Origin: an uncultured Christensenella sp.
Lineage (GTDB): Bacteria > Bacillota > Clostridia > Christensenellales > UBA1242
Assembly (NCBI GenBank): GCA_964573405.1
Contig: CAZNJK010000005.1
Location: 1,430 to 65,429, forward strand
Direction of reading: 5' to 3'
Length of the DNA stretch: 64,000 nt
Positions 18,668 to 29,147 of the stretch are shown one piece after another. Position 1 is the stretch's first letter. Each line of letters begins with the position of its first letter. A program made the translations under genes and the position numbers. A model generated the notes under the pieces. The model was not told where the DNA came from, searched no databases, and was given only the letters and a program-made list of their open reading frames with translations.

Positions 18668-18694
18668 TGATTTGTCGGATTAATTAGAATCAAT

Positions 18695-18727
18695 AGAAAG
18701 GGTTGTAGTCATCCTTTCTTTTTTTGT
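18695..18727 (+). terminator. Intrinsic terminator after recO
   Basis: Stem AGAAAGG / CCTTTCT with an 11-nt loop, then a T-run. Confidence 0.65.
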
Positions 18728-18826
18728 TCTTGTTGGCGATTTTTTGTAAAAATATCCGCCCGCGATGTTGAGATTTTTTAATTTGTGGGTAAAATGTCAC
18801 TTTTTTTCGAAATCCCGTTAATTTGG

Positions 18827-18855
18827 TTGCTTTTAAGCCAAAATACTCGTATAAT
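18827..18855 (+). promoter_or_regulatory. Promoter of ppdK
   Basis: TTGCTT (18827-18832), 17-nt spacer, TATAAT (18850-18855). Confidence 0.55.
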
Positions 18856-18899
18856 AGATACGACCAAAAAACAAAAGAGATATTTATGGAGGTATTTTA

Positions 18900-21524
18900 A
18901 TGGCAAAAAAATATGTTTACTTATTTAAAGAAGGCAATGCCAGTATGAGGAATTTGCTAGGTGGCAAAGGTGCTAACTTGGCTCAAATGACATCTCTAGG
19001 AATGCCAGTTCCTCAAGGCTTCACAATCACAACTGAGGCCTGCAACAAGTATTACAAGGACAACGAAACAATCGCTCCTGAAGTAATTGCTCAAATCGAA
19101 AAAGCCCTAGAAAAAACCGAAAAAATCACAGGCAAAAAGTTGGGCGACCCAACAAACCCACTACTAGTATCGGTTAGAAGTGGTGCAAGAGCAAGTATGC
19201 CAGGAATGATGGATACTATTCTTAACTTGGGTATCAATGATGAAGTTGTTGAAACATTAGCAAAACTTACAAGCAATCGCCGTTTTGCATTCGACAGCTA
19301 CCGTAGATTTATCCAAATGTTTGCCGATGTAGTTATGGGAATTGACCGTCAACTATTTGAAGCAGAAATGGACAAAGTAAAAGAAGCAAAGAAAGTTGAA
19401 AAAGACACCGACCTAGACGCGGAAGATATGGAAAATATCGTAAAAGCATTCAAGGTTGTGTACAAGAAAAATAAGAAAGAAGATTTCCCACAAGACCCTA
19501 AAGTTCAACTTAATGAAGCAATCAAAGCCGTATTTAGAAGTTGGAACAACGAAAGAGCAATCTTCTACCGTAAGATGAACGACATCCCAGCAGAATGGGG
19601 TACAGCAGTTAACGTTCAATCAATGGTATTCGGTAATATGGGTGACGACTGCGGAACAGGTGTTGCATTTACTCGTAACCCAGCAACCGGCGAAAACGAA
19701 GTATTTGGTGAGTATCTTATGAACGCACAAGGCGAAGACGTTGTTGCAGGTATTCGTACACCAAGCCCAATCAGTCATATGGAAGAGCAAATGCCAGAAG
19801 TATGGGCACAATTTAAAGCAATTTGCAATAAATTGGAACATTATTATAAAGATATGCAAGATATGGAGTTTACTATTGAAAAAGGTACTCTATATATGCT
19901 TCAAACTCGTAACGGTAAGAGAACCGCTCCCGCAGCACTAAGAATTGCTATCGATATGGTTAATGAAAAATTAATCACAAAGAAAGAAGCATTGTTAAAA
20001 ATCGAACCAAGAAGTTTGGACGGACTTCTTCACCCAATGTTCAACGCTACCGAATTAAAGAAAGCAAAATCAGTATCTAAAGGTCTTCCTGCAAGCCCAG
20101 GAGCAGCAAGTGGTGCTATCGTATTGGATAAAGCAACAGCAGTTAAATATGCTAATGCTAAGAAAAAATGCGTGCTAGTAAGAAGCGAAACAAGTCCAGA
20201 AGATATTGAAGGTATGGCTGTTGCCGAAGGTGTATTGACCGCTACTGGTGGAATGACTTCTCACGCAGCAGTTGTTGCTCGTGGTATGGGTACAGCGTGC
20301 GTTGCTGGTTGTCAAGGTCTTGTTGTTAATTACGACAAAAAGACAATTACTCTTAACGGCGTAACCTACAAAGAAGGCGACCCAATTTCTATAGACGGAA
20401 GCACAGGATTGGTATATGCCGAACTTGTTCCTACCGAAGAAGCAAAAATTACCGGCGACTTTGCTACAATTATGCAATGGAGCGAAGAATTTGCAAGACT
20501 TAAAGTAAAAGCAAATGCTGATACTGAAAGAGATACATTAAGAGCCGTAGAACTTGGCGCTTGTGGAATCGGACTTTGCCGTACCGAGCATATGTTCTTC
20601 GAAAAAGACCGTATTAAGGCAGTTAGAGAAATGATTCTTTCAACTGACGAAAAGACTCGTGAAAAAGCAATCGACAAGATGGCTGAATATCAAAAAGCAG
20701 ACTTTGTTGCAATCTTTAAAGCACTTAATGGTAGAAGTTGTACAATTAGATACATCGACCCACCACTTCACGAATTCCTTCCTAAGAAAGAAGAAGAGAT
20801 TGTGGACCTTGCTAAGAGTATGAAAATAACAGTTGAAAAGGTTAAAGAAGTTATCGACAGCATGCACGAATTTAACCCAATGATGGGCTTTAGAGGTTGT
20901 CGTCTATCAATTGTTATTCCAGAACTTCCAAAAATGCAAACAAAAGCAATTATCGGTGCTGCAATTGAAGTTATGACAAAACATCACATTGATGTAAATC
21001 CTGAAATTATGGTTCCGCTAGTAGGCGATGTTAAAGAACTTGTATTTGTTAAGAACATCATCAATGCAACAGCAGAAGAAATGATGAAAGAAGCAAATGT
21101 TAAAGTTAGTTATAAAGTAGGTACAATGATTGAAGTTCCACGTGCAGCAATCTTGGCTGACAAAATCGCTAAAGAAGCAGACTTCTTCTCATTCGGTACT
21201 AACGACCTTACCCAAATGACATTTGGTTATAGCCGTGACGATGCTGGCAAGTTCCTTGACCCATATTATCAAAAACATATCCTAGAAAGAGACCCATTCG
21301 TTACAATCGACGAAGAAGGCGTAGGTTATTTGATGGAAAGAACTGTAAAACTAGGAAGAAAAGTAAAACCTAATATGGTATGTGGAATTTGTGGTGAGCA
21401 AGGTGGCGACCCAACAAGCGTAAGACTTGCTGACAAACTTGGCATTACTTATGTAAGTTGTAGCCCATATAGAGTTCCTATCGCAAAACTTGCAGCAGCA
21501 CAAGCAGCAATTTTGAATAAATAG
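18900..21524 (+). CDS. ppdK: Pyruvate, phosphate dikinase
   Basis: 874 aa with the phospho-His region TGGMTSHAAVVARGMG, the PEP-utilising C-terminal domain GICRTEHMF, and FFSFGTNDLTQ. Confidence 0.95.
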   Translation: MAKKYVYLFKEGNASMRNLLGGKGANLAQMTSLGMPVPQGFTITTEACNKYYKDNETIAPEVIAQIEKALEKTEKITGKKLGDPTNPLLVSVRSGARASMPGMMDTILNLGINDEVVETLAKLTSNRRFAFDSYRRFIQMFADVVMGIDRQLFEAEMDKVKEAKKVEKDTDLDAEDMENIVKAFKVVYKKNKKEDFPQDPKVQLNEAIKAVFRSWNNERAIFYRKMNDIPAEWGTAVNVQSMVFGNMGDDCGTGVAFTRNPATGENEVFGEYLMNAQGEDVVAGIRTPSPISHMEEQMPEVWAQFKAICNKLEHYYKDMQDMEFTIEKGTLYMLQTRNGKRTAPAALRIAIDMVNEKLITKKEALLKIEPRSLDGLLHPMFNATELKKAKSVSKGLPASPGAASGAIVLDKATAVKYANAKKKCVLVRSETSPEDIEGMAVAEGVLTATGGMTSHAAVVARGMGTACVAGCQGLVVNYDKKTITLNGVTYKEGDPISIDGSTGLVYAELVPTEEAKITGDFATIMQWSEEFARLKVKANADTERDTLRAVELGACGIGLCRTEHMFFEKDRIKAVREMILSTDEKTREKAIDKMAEYQKADFVAIFKALNGRSCTIRYIDPPLHEFLPKKEEEIVDLAKSMKITVEKVKEVIDSMHEFNPMMGFRGCRLSIVIPELPKMQTKAIIGAAIEVMTKHHIDVNPEIMVPLVGDVKELVFVKNIINATAEEMMKEANVKVSYKVGTMIEVPRAAILADKIAKEADFFSFGTNDLTQMTFGYSRDDAGKFLDPYYQKHILERDPFVTIDEEGVGYLMERTVKLGRKVKPNMVCGICGEQGGDPTSVRLADKLGITYVSCSPYRVPIAKLAAAQAAILNK

Positions 21525-21531
21525 TTTTTTT

Positions 21532-21571
21532 AAAATAAGACGCTTTATAAAAAAAGTGTCTTATTTTTTTT
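21532..21571 (+). terminator. Intrinsic terminator after ppdK
   Basis: Stem AATAAGAC / GTCTTATT (extendable), 12 to 16-nt loop, T8 run. Confidence 0.75.
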
Positions 21572-21718
21572 GAGTGGCCCTACGGGGTTCACTTTTTTGC
21601 CTTCTTAACTTTTGTATATAATAATTAAAAAAATATACAAATTTTTACAAATAAATAAAGGAAAACGAAAAATTTGTTTGTAATTAATAGTTGAATACGA
21701 TTTTACGGGGGAAGAAAT

Positions 21719-23491
21719 TTGGATAAAGGATTTTCACCAGAGTGGATTGAAAAACTAAAAAGTAACAATGACATAGTGACTACAATCTCCAAATATATCA
21801 CCTTAAATAGAAAGGGGAAAACGTGGTGGGCTTGCTGTCCATTCCACTATGAAAAGACCCCATCATTTGCGGTGAATGAGTATGAGCAATTTTATCATTG
21901 TTTCGGTTGTGGTGCGAGTGGTGACGTAATAGGATTTGTAAAAAAATACGAGAATATAGACTTTTTCGACGCTTGCAAGTTGCTTGCCGAGAATGCGGGG
22001 ATGGAACTTCCAGAATTTACAAATGATGAGCAAATCATAGAAAAAAAGAAGAAAATTGATAGGATTTATAATGTTTTGCGAGATACCGCAAATTATTATT
22101 ATTCCAACCTAAAGCGTCAGGAAGGGAAAGTTGCACTAGAGTATCTCGCTAAAAGAAATGTTACTAATGATATCATTCAGTCTTTTGGATTAGGCTACAG
22201 TTTGGGATGGAAAGAAGTGATTGATTACTTGAAAGGCAAAGGGTACTCAATCCAAGAAATGATTGACGCGGGAGTCGTGGAGAAAAACGCCGAAGGACAC
22301 TTCTATGACTGCTATGCAAAACGTCTAATTTTCCCTTTAATAAACACCTATGGGAATGTTATAGGCTTTAGTGCGCGAATACTTGAAAAAGCGGATTTTG
22401 CGAAGTACAAAAACACATCTCAGACACTTGTTTTCGATAAAAGCCGATGTCTTTATGGAATTAATTTTGTTAAAAAATTAAAACAAAATGAACCTTTGCA
22501 ACAAATAATTATTGTGGAAGGTCAAATGGATTTAATCGCCTTGCACAAGAGTGGAATTCGCAATGTTGTTGCGACTATGGGTACGGCACTTACAACAATG
22601 CATGTGAAGGAGCTAAAAAAATTCTGTGATAAAGTGGTGCTTTGTTTTGATGGCGATGGTGCTGGAATTAAGGCGACGCTAAGGTCAATTGAAATCCTTG
22701 TTAGCGGTGGAATGAGTGTGTATTGTATGACAATCCCTAATGGACAAGACCCTGATGAGTATGTCAATAAATTTGGCAAAGATGCATTTATTGATTTAGC
22801 AAATAATGCAAAATATTGGGTTGCATATCTTATAGACAAATATGAAAATGACTACGATTTGTCAAAGCCCGAAGAAAAGAAAAAATATGTAGATGAATCG
22901 TTGAATATAATTAGAAAATTAGAAACAGAGAGCGAAAGAGATATTTATCTAAATATGGTGAGTTCGGCAAGTGGAATTGTTAAGAACATTTTGCGTGCTG
23001 ACCTAGAAAATAATTCACAAGAAACTGAGACGGAAAATGTGTCAGTGACTAATGTAGAAGAACAAATTCAATTAAAAGAAAATGCTTATGTAAAGGCTGT
23101 GAAATTTGTTTTAAAAGCATTGCTTGAGAAAAAACCATATGCGGAATTGGATGATGACATAAAACAAAATCTACTTAATAGTGATTACTTGAAAATCTAT
23201 GAGTATATAGAAAATTGTTATAATAATGGTCAAAGACCGATTATAAGTGCATTATATACATACTTCGATGTTGAGAACAATAAAGACTTGTCAGATTTGA
23301 TTTCTTTTGAGATTTTAGAAACTGATGATAACGAAGTGTATTATAAGGATTGTGTCAAAAACTTTGTAGATATTGGTCTAAAACAACGACAACTTGACAT
23401 TACAAGGTGTGTTCGTGACACAAAAGATATGGAAGAAAGAAAAAAATTAATTAAAGAACTTAATGATATTACATTAAAATTAAAAAGGTAA
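21719..23491 (+). CDS. dnaG: DNA primase
   Basis: TTG start after GGGGGAAG. CHC2 zinc finger ([12 protein letters not shown]...[12 protein letters not shown]) and TOPRIM EGQMD...DGDGAG. Confidence 0.93.
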   Translation: MDKGFSPEWIEKLKSNNDIVTTISKYITLNRKGKTWWACCPFHYEKTPSFAVNEYEQFYHCFGCGASGDVIGFVKKYENIDFFDACKLLAENAGMELPEFTNDEQIIEKKKKIDRIYNVLRDTANYYYSNLKRQEGKVALEYLAKRNVTNDIIQSFGLGYSLGWKEVIDYLKGKGYSIQEMIDAGVVEKNAEGHFYDCYAKRLIFPLINTYGNVIGFSARILEKADFAKYKNTSQTLVFDKSRCLYGINFVKKLKQNEPLQQIIIVEGQMDLIALHKSGIRNVVATMGTALTTMHVKELKKFCDKVVLCFDGDGAGIKATLRSIEILVSGGMSVYCMTIPNGQDPDEYVNKFGKDAFIDLANNAKYWVAYLIDKYENDYDLSKPEEKKKYVDESLNIIRKLETESERDIYLNMVSSASGIVKNILRADLENNSQETETENVSVTNVEEQIQLKENAYVKAVKFVLKALLEKKPYAELDDDIKQNLLNSDYLKIYEYIENCYNNGQRPIISALYTYFDVENNKDLSDLISFEILETDDNEVYYKDCVKNFVDIGLKQRQLDITRCVRDTKDMEERKKLIKELNDITLKLKR

Positions 23492-23503
23492 AAGGTGTAC
23501 ATT

Positions 23504-24562
23504 ATGAAAGAAAGAATGGATAAAGTTGTTGAGTCATTATTAAAATCAGCAAAAAAATCGGGCTCAATTTCGGAGCAAGAAATAGGTTCGGCACTAGTTG
23601 ATTTTGATTTGTCGGCAAGTGAACTTAGAACAGTAATAGATATGTTTGAGAAAGAAGGAGTTGTTGTTGAAGATGAAGACGATGCTCTAGCAAAAGATGA
23701 TATGTTAAGCGACATTATGAGTACCATTAAATTGGACGACCCAGTAAAAATGTATCTTAAAGACATCGGTTCTGTAGAACTTCTTACAAGTGAGCAAGAA
23801 GTGGAACTTGCAAAAAAGATATTGGAAGGCGACCAACAAGCAAAAAAAGAACTTAGTGAAAGGAACTTAAAACTTGTTGTAAGTATTGCAAAAAAATATG
23901 TCAATCGTAGCAGTATGCAATTTTTGGACCTTATCCAAGAAGGAAACTTAGGACTTCTTAAAGCGGTTGAGAAATTTGACTTTACTAAAGGTTTTAGATT
24001 TTCGACATATGCGACTTGGTGGATTAGACAAGCCATCACTCGTGCAATTGCTGACCAAGCCCGCACAATCCGTATTCCAGTACATATGGTTGAAACTATC
24101 CACAAACTAAGTCGTGTAAGCAAACAACTTATGCAAGAATTAGGTCGTGACCCAAGCAATGCCGAGATTGCGGAAAGAATGGGGATTACCGAACAAAGAG
24201 TGTGCGAAATTCAAAAAATTGCTCAAGACCCAGTTTCGCTAGAAAGCCCAGTTGGTGAAGAAGATGAAAGTAAAATTAGTGACTTTGTTGAAGACGATAC
24301 TATGATTAGCCCTACTGAAAGTGCTGCCCACGACATTTTGAGAGCACAACTAATGGCAGTTATTGAAACATTAACCCCAAGAGAGCAAAAGGTTATAAGA
24401 CTTCGCTATGGATTGGACGATAACCACTCAAGAACATTGGAAGAAGTCGGAAAGGAATTTAATGTTACTCGTGAAAGAATTAGACAAATCGAAGCAAAGG
24501 CCCTTAGAAAATTAAGAAATCCTAATAGGTCAAAGAAGTTAGAAGATTACAATGAAGACTAA
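23504..24562 (+). CDS. sigA: RNA polymerase primary sigma factor SigA/RpoD
   Basis: Region 2 ([17 protein letters not shown]) and region 4 ([20 protein letters not shown]). The ATG at 23504 is preferred over the in-frame GTG at 23495. Confidence 0.95.
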   Translation: MKERMDKVVESLLKSAKKSGSISEQEIGSALVDFDLSASELRTVIDMFEKEGVVVEDEDDALAKDDMLSDIMSTIKLDDPVKMYLKDIGSVELLTSEQEVELAKKILEGDQQAKKELSERNLKLVVSIAKKYVNRSSMQFLDLIQEGNLGLLKAVEKFDFTKGFRFSTYATWWIRQAITRAIADQARTIRIPVHMVETIHKLSRVSKQLMQELGRDPSNAEIAERMGITEQRVCEIQKIAQDPVSLESPVGEEDESKISDFVEDDTMISPTESAAHDILRAQLMAVIETLTPREQKVIRLRYGLDDNHSRTLEEVGKEFNVTRERIRQIEAKALRKLRNPNRSKKLEDYNED

Positions 24563-25253
24563 TTTGCTTAGCCCAAGACTTCAATTGGTTGCCCAATTTG
24601 TAAGATGTAGAAGAGTGGCAGATGTAGGCTGTGACCATGGCAAATTATTGGAACAACTTTTTATTGATTCAAAAATTGACTATGCTTTAGCAAGCGACAT
24701 AAGTGAACCAAGTGTAAAAAAAGCGGTCGCTTTGTTAAGTGCCAACAATCGCAATTTTGATTATGTAGTGGCTGACGGGTTAGAAGGCATTAAGTCATCA
24801 CAAAATATTGAGCAAGTGATTATAAGTGGAATGGGCGGACTAGAAATCATAAAAATAATGGCTAACAATCCGCTTGGATTAGATAAATTTGTATTATGTC
24901 CCCACAACAACGAATTAGCACTAAAAATGTGGCTTACAAAAAATAATTTCAAAATTATTGACGATTTGATTGTTAAAGACCGCCATATTTATTATAATGT
25001 TTTAAATGTTGAAAAAAACGCTAAAAAAGTAAAAACAAAATTATTTGATTTGAAATTTGGTGCGGGAAATTTCAATGGCAATGCTGATTTTTATAAGTAT
25101 TTGATGTACAGTTACGAAAAATACACAACTCTTTTGGAGCAGTTGCCTAGAAATAAGAAAAAAGAAATAAAAAAAGAGTTGAAAGATATTAAAAAAGCCA
25201 TAAAAATTTGGGAGAGAGTAAATGAAAACAATGTTACAATATCAAAGACTTGA
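24552..25253 (+). CDS. trmK: tRNA (adenine22-N1)-methyltransferase TrmK (YqfN-like)
   Basis: [13 protein letters not shown]-binding start, ISGMGG motif, and a position after sigA as in B. subtilis. Confidence 0.8.
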   Translation: MKTNLLSPRLQLVAQFVRCRRVADVGCDHGKLLEQLFIDSKIDYALASDISEPSVKKAVALLSANNRNFDYVVADGLEGIKSSQNIEQVIISGMGGLEIIKIMANNPLGLDKFVLCPHNNELALKMWLTKNNFKIIDDLIVKDRHIYYNVLNVEKNAKKVKTKLFDLKFGAGNFNGNADFYKYLMYSYEKYTTLLEQLPRNKKKEIKKELKDIKKAIKIWERVNENNVTISKT

Positions 25254-25917
25254 TGGTGAATTGAAAAAAATTCAACGAACGGTAAACAATAGTCAAGAAA
25301 AAGAAATTATGAATAAAATGATTGCTTATGTAAAAGATGCCCAAAATGTTAGCAATGGAATAGAAAATAAAGCAAGCAAGGTAGTCAGCGACTATATGTC
25401 ATTAAAAAAGAACTATGATGCGAATGCTAGCAAAGTGGAGAAGTTGATAGCGTCAATGCCTAGTGGAGAGGAAGAATTGAAAAATGCGTATGCACTTATC
25501 AATACTTTGAGTAGCGAACTTTTTATGATTGAAAGGAACTTAAATATTGTTATAAGTAAAGCAAAGGACCTGCTAAAAGAGTTTGAAAACACCAAAAACA
25601 ATGTAATAAAGGCAAGAAACAAACATAAAGTTAGTAAGGAAAATTACGAAAAACTAATTCGTGACAGCGAGCCAAAAATAGCAGAGATTAAGTCACAGAT
25701 GAAAACATTGGAAAAAGATATTACTCCAGCACTGCTTGAAAAATATAAGGCAATGAAAAATGACAACATCTTCCCAGTGTTTGTTCCGCTAATGGACGAG
25801 CGTACTTGTGCAGGATGTCGAATGGAAGTCGCAAGTGGGAAATTGAACAAGCTTTCCAGTGAACAATTTATAGTTTGTGAACATTGTGGCAGATTGATAT
25901 ATAAGCCATCGAAATAG
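25222..25917 (+). CDS. Coiled-coil protein with C-terminal C4 zinc ribbon (COG1579-like)
   Basis: Long coiled-coil followed by CAGCRMEV...IVCEHCGRLIY. The family is usually found in this neighbourhood in Firmicutes. Confidence 0.7.
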   Translation: MKTMLQYQRLDGELKKIQRTVNNSQEKEIMNKMIAYVKDAQNVSNGIENKASKVVSDYMSLKKNYDANASKVEKLIASMPSGEEELKNAYALINTLSSELFMIERNLNIVISKAKDLLKEFENTKNNVIKARNKHKVSKENYEKLIRDSEPKIAEIKSQMKTLEKDITPALLEKYKAMKNDNIFPVFVPLMDERTCAGCRMEVASGKLNKLSSEQFIVCEHCGRLIYKPSK

Positions 25918-25921
25918 TTTT

Positions 25922-25992
25922 AAAAAATCCCCTTAAGAAATGAAGTAAATCTTCAAAAATGAAGTTAATCTTCAAAAATAAGAGGATTTTTT
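25922..25992. terminator. Composite hairpin between convergent genes (outer stem enclosing two small hairpins)
   Basis: An outer 14-bp stem 25922-25935 / 25979-25992 (one mismatch), with A-run and T-run arms, encloses the 19-nt tandem duplication. Confidence 0.5.
25941..25978. repeat. 19-nt tandem duplication (2 copies, 1 mismatch)
   Basis: TGAAGTAAATCTTCAAAAA followed by TGAAGTTAATCTTCAAAAA. Each copy can itself fold as TGAAG-5nt-CTTCA. Confidence 0.8.
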
Positions 25993-26017
25993 TTGTTTTT
26001 AAAAATATAATAGAAAC

Positions 26018-26842
26018 TTATCTTTTTTTAGTAGTTCGCTTTTTATAAACTGCCTTTTCTATCCAAGCGACTGCAAAATACATCACTCCTGCCAGTATGC
26101 AAAGGATTACAGTGCTAGTCATTACAAGGTCTAGGTCAAAAACTTGACCGCCATATTGAATTAAATATCCAAGTCCTGCACGACTAACCAAATATTCACC
26201 CATAATCGTGCCCACCCAAGTAAGACCCACATTGATTTTCAGTACAGATATGAACTCACATAGCGAGTTGGGGAGTATTAGTTTCGTCAGTATTTGCCAT
26301 TTTGTGGCACCCATACTTCGAAGTAGTAATATCTTGTTGTTGTCGCACGACCGAAAAGCATTGAGCATTGAAAGGGTGGTTATTACAATCATTATGAGTA
26401 CATCCATAGTAACAATTGCTTTAGTCCCTATTCCTATCCATATAATAATTATAGGCCCCAACGCAATTTTAGGCAGACTATTTAACACAACAACATATGG
26501 CTCTAGAATGCGAAAAAGAGTTTCGTTCCACCATAGAACAATAGCAACTAATGTGCCCAGTATGGTCGCAATAAAAAATCCAATAATCGCTTCATACAAT
26601 GTAATCCACATATGCTTAAGTAGTGACCCTGTAGAACATAGTTCCACAAATGTTTGCCACATTCTCGACGGACTCGATAGTGTAAATGTATCTATGACTC
26701 CAAGCCTAGCAAAAAGTTCCCAAAGCCCTACAAATAGCACAAGAATTGCTACTTGCATTACTTTAATAAATATAGTCTTTTGGACTTTTTTCTTTTTGTA
26801 AATTGTATATTCTTTGCTGTAATTGGTCGGATTTTTCATCAT
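26018..26842 (-). CDS. ABC transporter permease (NitT/TauT, SsuC-like)
   Basis: Six-TM BPD-type permease. The ATG at 26842 overlaps the ATPase stop (ATGA) and follows GGAAGGAG. Confidence 0.85.
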   Translation of the reverse strand: MMKNPTNYSKEYTIYKKKKVQKTIFIKVMQVAILVLFVGLWELFARLGVIDTFTLSSPSRMWQTFVELCSTGSLLKHMWITLYEAIIGFFIATILGTLVAIVLWWNETLFRILEPYVVVLNSLPKIALGPIIIIWIGIGTKAIVTMDVLIMIVITTLSMLNAFRSCDNNKILLLRSMGATKWQILTKLILPNSLCEFISVLKINVGLTWVGTIMGEYLVSRAGLGYLIQYGGQVFDLDLVMTSTVILCILAGVMYFAVAWIEKAVYKKRTTKKR

Positions 26843-27573
26843 TGCAACTCCTTCCATAAAGTATTGAAGTAATTACTCACTTCGGGGTGCTCCCGTCTTT
26901 CCAGCGGTGTGCCATATTGTGACAAATTAATGTCGTGAATACATTTCACTGTTGCCGGACGCTTGCTCAAAACGATTATTTTGTCGCTCATTGTTATCGC
27001 TTCCATTATGTCGTGGGTCACCAAAATTGATGTTATTTTTTCGGCTTTCAATATCTTACTTACATCATCACACACATTTAACCGAGTTTGATAATCAAGA
27101 GCAGAAAATGCTTCGTCAAGTAACATTATTTTTGGCTTTAACGCTAAGGTTCTAATAAGCGCCACCCGTTGACGCATCCCCCCGCTAAGTTGGTTGGGGT
27201 ACTTGTGCCTAAACTCCCACAGCCCATATTTTTTGAGTAGGGCGTCTACATATTCCATATTCTCTTTCGTCTTTTGGTGTGTTATTTCCAGGCCCAAATA
27301 AACATTATTTAGAATATTCCGCCATTCAAATAAGTGGTCCTTTTGAAACATATATCCGCAAGTGGAGTTTGTATTTCTTATAATTTTGCCAGAAGTGGGG
27401 GTTATTAATCCAGAGATTAATGACAAAATTGTAGTCTTTCCGCACCCGCTTGGACCCACAATGCTGACAAAATCCCCCTCGTTGATGTCAAAACTTACAT
27501 TTTTAAGTGCTTGTGTTTCTCCATCATCACTAAAATATGCAAGAGAAACATTATCAAATTTAAGTATGCTCAT
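26839..27573 (-). CDS. ABC transporter ATP-binding protein (NitT/TauT family)
   Basis: Walker A GPSGCGKTT, signature LSGGMRQRV, Walker B MLLDEAFSALD. Confidence 0.9.
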   Translation of the reverse strand: MSILKFDNVSLAYFSDDGETQALKNVSFDINEGDFVSIVGPSGCGKTTILSLISGLITPTSGKIIRNTNSTCGYMFQKDHLFEWRNILNNVYLGLEITHQKTKENMEYVDALLKKYGLWEFRHKYPNQLSGGMRQRVALIRTLALKPKIMLLDEAFSALDYQTRLNVCDDVSKILKAEKITSILVTHDIMEAITMSDKIIVLSKRPATVKCIHDINLSQYGTPLERREHPEVSNYFNTLWKELQ

Positions 27574-27644
27574 GTTTTCTCCCTTATAGGACTTAATTAG
27601 TCCTATTCCATTATATTTACTTACACTAATTTTGGTGAAAAATT

Positions 27645-27676
27645 GAAATAAAAAGGCACTTTTTATAGTGCCTTTA
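27645..27676 (-). terminator. Intra-operon intrinsic terminator after the binding-protein gene
   Basis: 9-bp stem AAAGGCACT / AGTGCCTTT with a 6-nt loop, followed by a T-run on the minus strand. Confidence 0.6.
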
Positions 27677-27720
27677 ACTAGTGCAAAACGATGTTATCTG
27701 TTATTGAATGTTTATAATTT

Positions 27721-28725
27721 TTAACTTACTTTTTTAAATTCGTTATATACTTTTTCAGCATAAGTGTTGTTGACAACCTTACTAAACTCTACAGCAGTGT
27801 CAAGTTCGCCCGCGTCCATCATAATCGTGATTAAATTGTTGTAGGCGGTTGATTTCATTGCCGGGCTATCAACCCACGCATCTATCTCAATGTATGATTG
27901 TAGTGCTTTCTTTAGACTTGCATTTGTAGTCCCTAGGAAAGACGGAGCAATTGCTTCTACAACATCATCAATAGGGGCGGTGACTAAGTAGTTGTATCCC
28001 TTAATTATTGCTCTTAAGAATTTTTCGATTTTCTCGGGATTTTTGTCTATATAACTTTGATTTGCCATAAACGCAGTGTAAGGAACTTCACCGGCAAATT
28101 GCCCAACGCTTCCTAAAATGTACCCCTTGCCCGCATCGGCAATGTCACTCGCACTCGGCTCAAAAGCGGTGGTAAAATCCGCGGTTCCGCCAATGAACGC
28201 TGCAGTCATATTGTTGAAAGCAACATCATAATTAATTGTCACATTTTGACCATTTATAAGCCCCGCTTGTTTTAATGCATATTCCAAAGTCATTGCGGGA
28301 ACTCCGCCTTTTCGTCCGCCAAGGATTTCTTTTCCCATTAGGTTGCTGAGTGTGAAATTGCTAATATTTTCTCTGCCTATTATAAAACTTCCGTCGCGTT
28401 TGGTCAATTGTCCAAATACTACAGGTGCGTCTTTCTTGCCTTGTTTGATTACATATATGGCGGCTTCAGGACCCATAAGCCCAATGTCTGCCGACCCACT
28501 TGTAAGTGCGGTCATACTTTTGTCAGCACCCCCGCCATTTGTAAGTTCAATCTCTAATCCTTCGTCGTTAAAATATCCTTTATTAATGGCAATATACAAA
28601 GGCGCGTAAAACACAGAGTGTGTAACTTCATTGACCCTAATTAGGTTCTCGTTTTTCTTACAACCGGTCAAAAGAAATGAAAAACACCCAATAACAGCAA
28701 CTAGTAATAATGATAATTTTTTCAT
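27721..28725 (-). CDS. ABC transporter substrate-binding lipoprotein (NMT1/THI5-SsuA-like)
   Basis: Lipobox LLTGC at the N-terminus and an NMT1-like periplasmic binding fold pattern. Co-oriented with the ATPase and permease. Confidence 0.85.
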   Translation of the reverse strand: MKKLSLLLVAVIGCFSFLLTGCKKNENLIRVNEVTHSVFYAPLYIAINKGYFNDEGLEIELTNGGGADKSMTALTSGSADIGLMGPEAAIYVIKQGKKDAPVVFGQLTKRDGSFIIGRENISNFTLSNLMGKEILGGRKGGVPAMTLEYALKQAGLINGQNVTINYDVAFNNMTAAFIGGTADFTTAFEPSASDIADAGKGYILGSVGQFAGEVPYTAFMANQSYIDKNPEKIEKFLRAIIKGYNYLVTAPIDDVVEAIAPSFLGTTNASLKKALQSYIEIDAWVDSPAMKSTAYNNLITIMMDAGELDTAVEFSKVVNNTYAEKVYNEFKKVS

Positions 28726-28808
28726 ATAACCTCCATCAAATAGTCTAAGTCATCTTATGAAAATTACAAAAAAATGGTGAAATTTGTGATGTTTTATTAA
28801 AAATTAAC

Positions 28809-28837
28809 TTGAAAACTGAAATATAAGATGATATAAT
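28809..28837 (+). promoter_or_regulatory. Near-consensus extended -10 promoter upstream of the small ORF and valS
   Basis: TTGAAA (28809-28814), 17-nt spacer ending in TGa, TATAAT (28832-28837). Confidence 0.6.
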
Positions 28838-28864
28838 AAGAGCAAATATAAGGAAGGAATCGTT

Positions 28865-29110
28865 ATGTTGAATTATTTATTAAACACGAATTTAGAAAGT
28901 TTTAAACGATATTTTAGCATGCCACAGGTCTGGATTGCAATGATTTTGTGCGTCGTCGGAGTCGCACTAGTTTTGCTTGCAAGAAGAATTACACGAGTGG
29001 CAAAAAATAAGGACGATATTGCTGATAACGATAGGATGCTAGTCACAATCAAATGTGTGGGCATTGTTATGCTAGTATTGACAGTTGTTATCTTGGTATT
29101 TGTTGAATAA
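28865..29110 (+). CDS. 81-aa two-TM, Val-rich small membrane protein (hypothetical)
   Basis: RBS AAGGAAGGA 6 nt upstream. Two hydrophobic segments. 14 of 81 residues are Val, including 6 of the last 14 codons. Confidence 0.5.
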   Translation: MLNYLLNTNLESFKRYFSMPQVWIAMILCVVGVALVLLARRITRVAKNKDDIADNDRMLVTIKCVGIVMLVLTVVILVFVE

Positions 29111-29113
29111 TTT

Positions 29114-29147
29114 GAAGCCCCTTAAATTGTTTAATGGGCTTTTTTTA
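29114..29147 (+). terminator. Intrinsic terminator 24 nt upstream of the valS start codon
   Basis: Stem AAGCCC(C)TTAA / TTAA(T)GGGCTT with a 5-nt loop, then a T7 run. It begins 4 nt after the small-ORF stop. Confidence 0.75.

Noticed and set aside
21637-21677. 10-bp inverted repeat ACAAATTTTT-21nt-AAAAATTTGT in the dnaG upstream region.
   Set aside because: The arms are A/T-only, the predicted stability is weak, and it is not followed by a T-run. It is probably fortuitous.
23341-24159. 272-aa ORF antisense to sigA. Similar long antisense ORFs occur at 60637-61449 (opposite hslU), 51291-51917 (opposite rbgA) and 26208-26801 (opposite the ABC permease).
   Set aside because: Each lies entirely inside a strongly supported conserved gene on the other strand. 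They have no RBS, and their low-complexity composition (S/L/I/F-rich) is typical of the stop-poor antisense frame in AT-rich genomes. No independent signal supports them.
25941-25978. Possible miniature CRISPR array.
   Set aside because: There are only two directly adjacent 19-nt copies with no spacers, and no cas genes. It is a tandem duplication inside a hairpin.
28726-28808. Possible TPP or other riboswitch upstream of the NMT1/THI5-like binding-protein gene.
   Set aside because: The minus-strand leader is short and extremely AT-rich. It lacks the conserved CUGAGA/ACCUGA-type TPP elements and any extended pairing.
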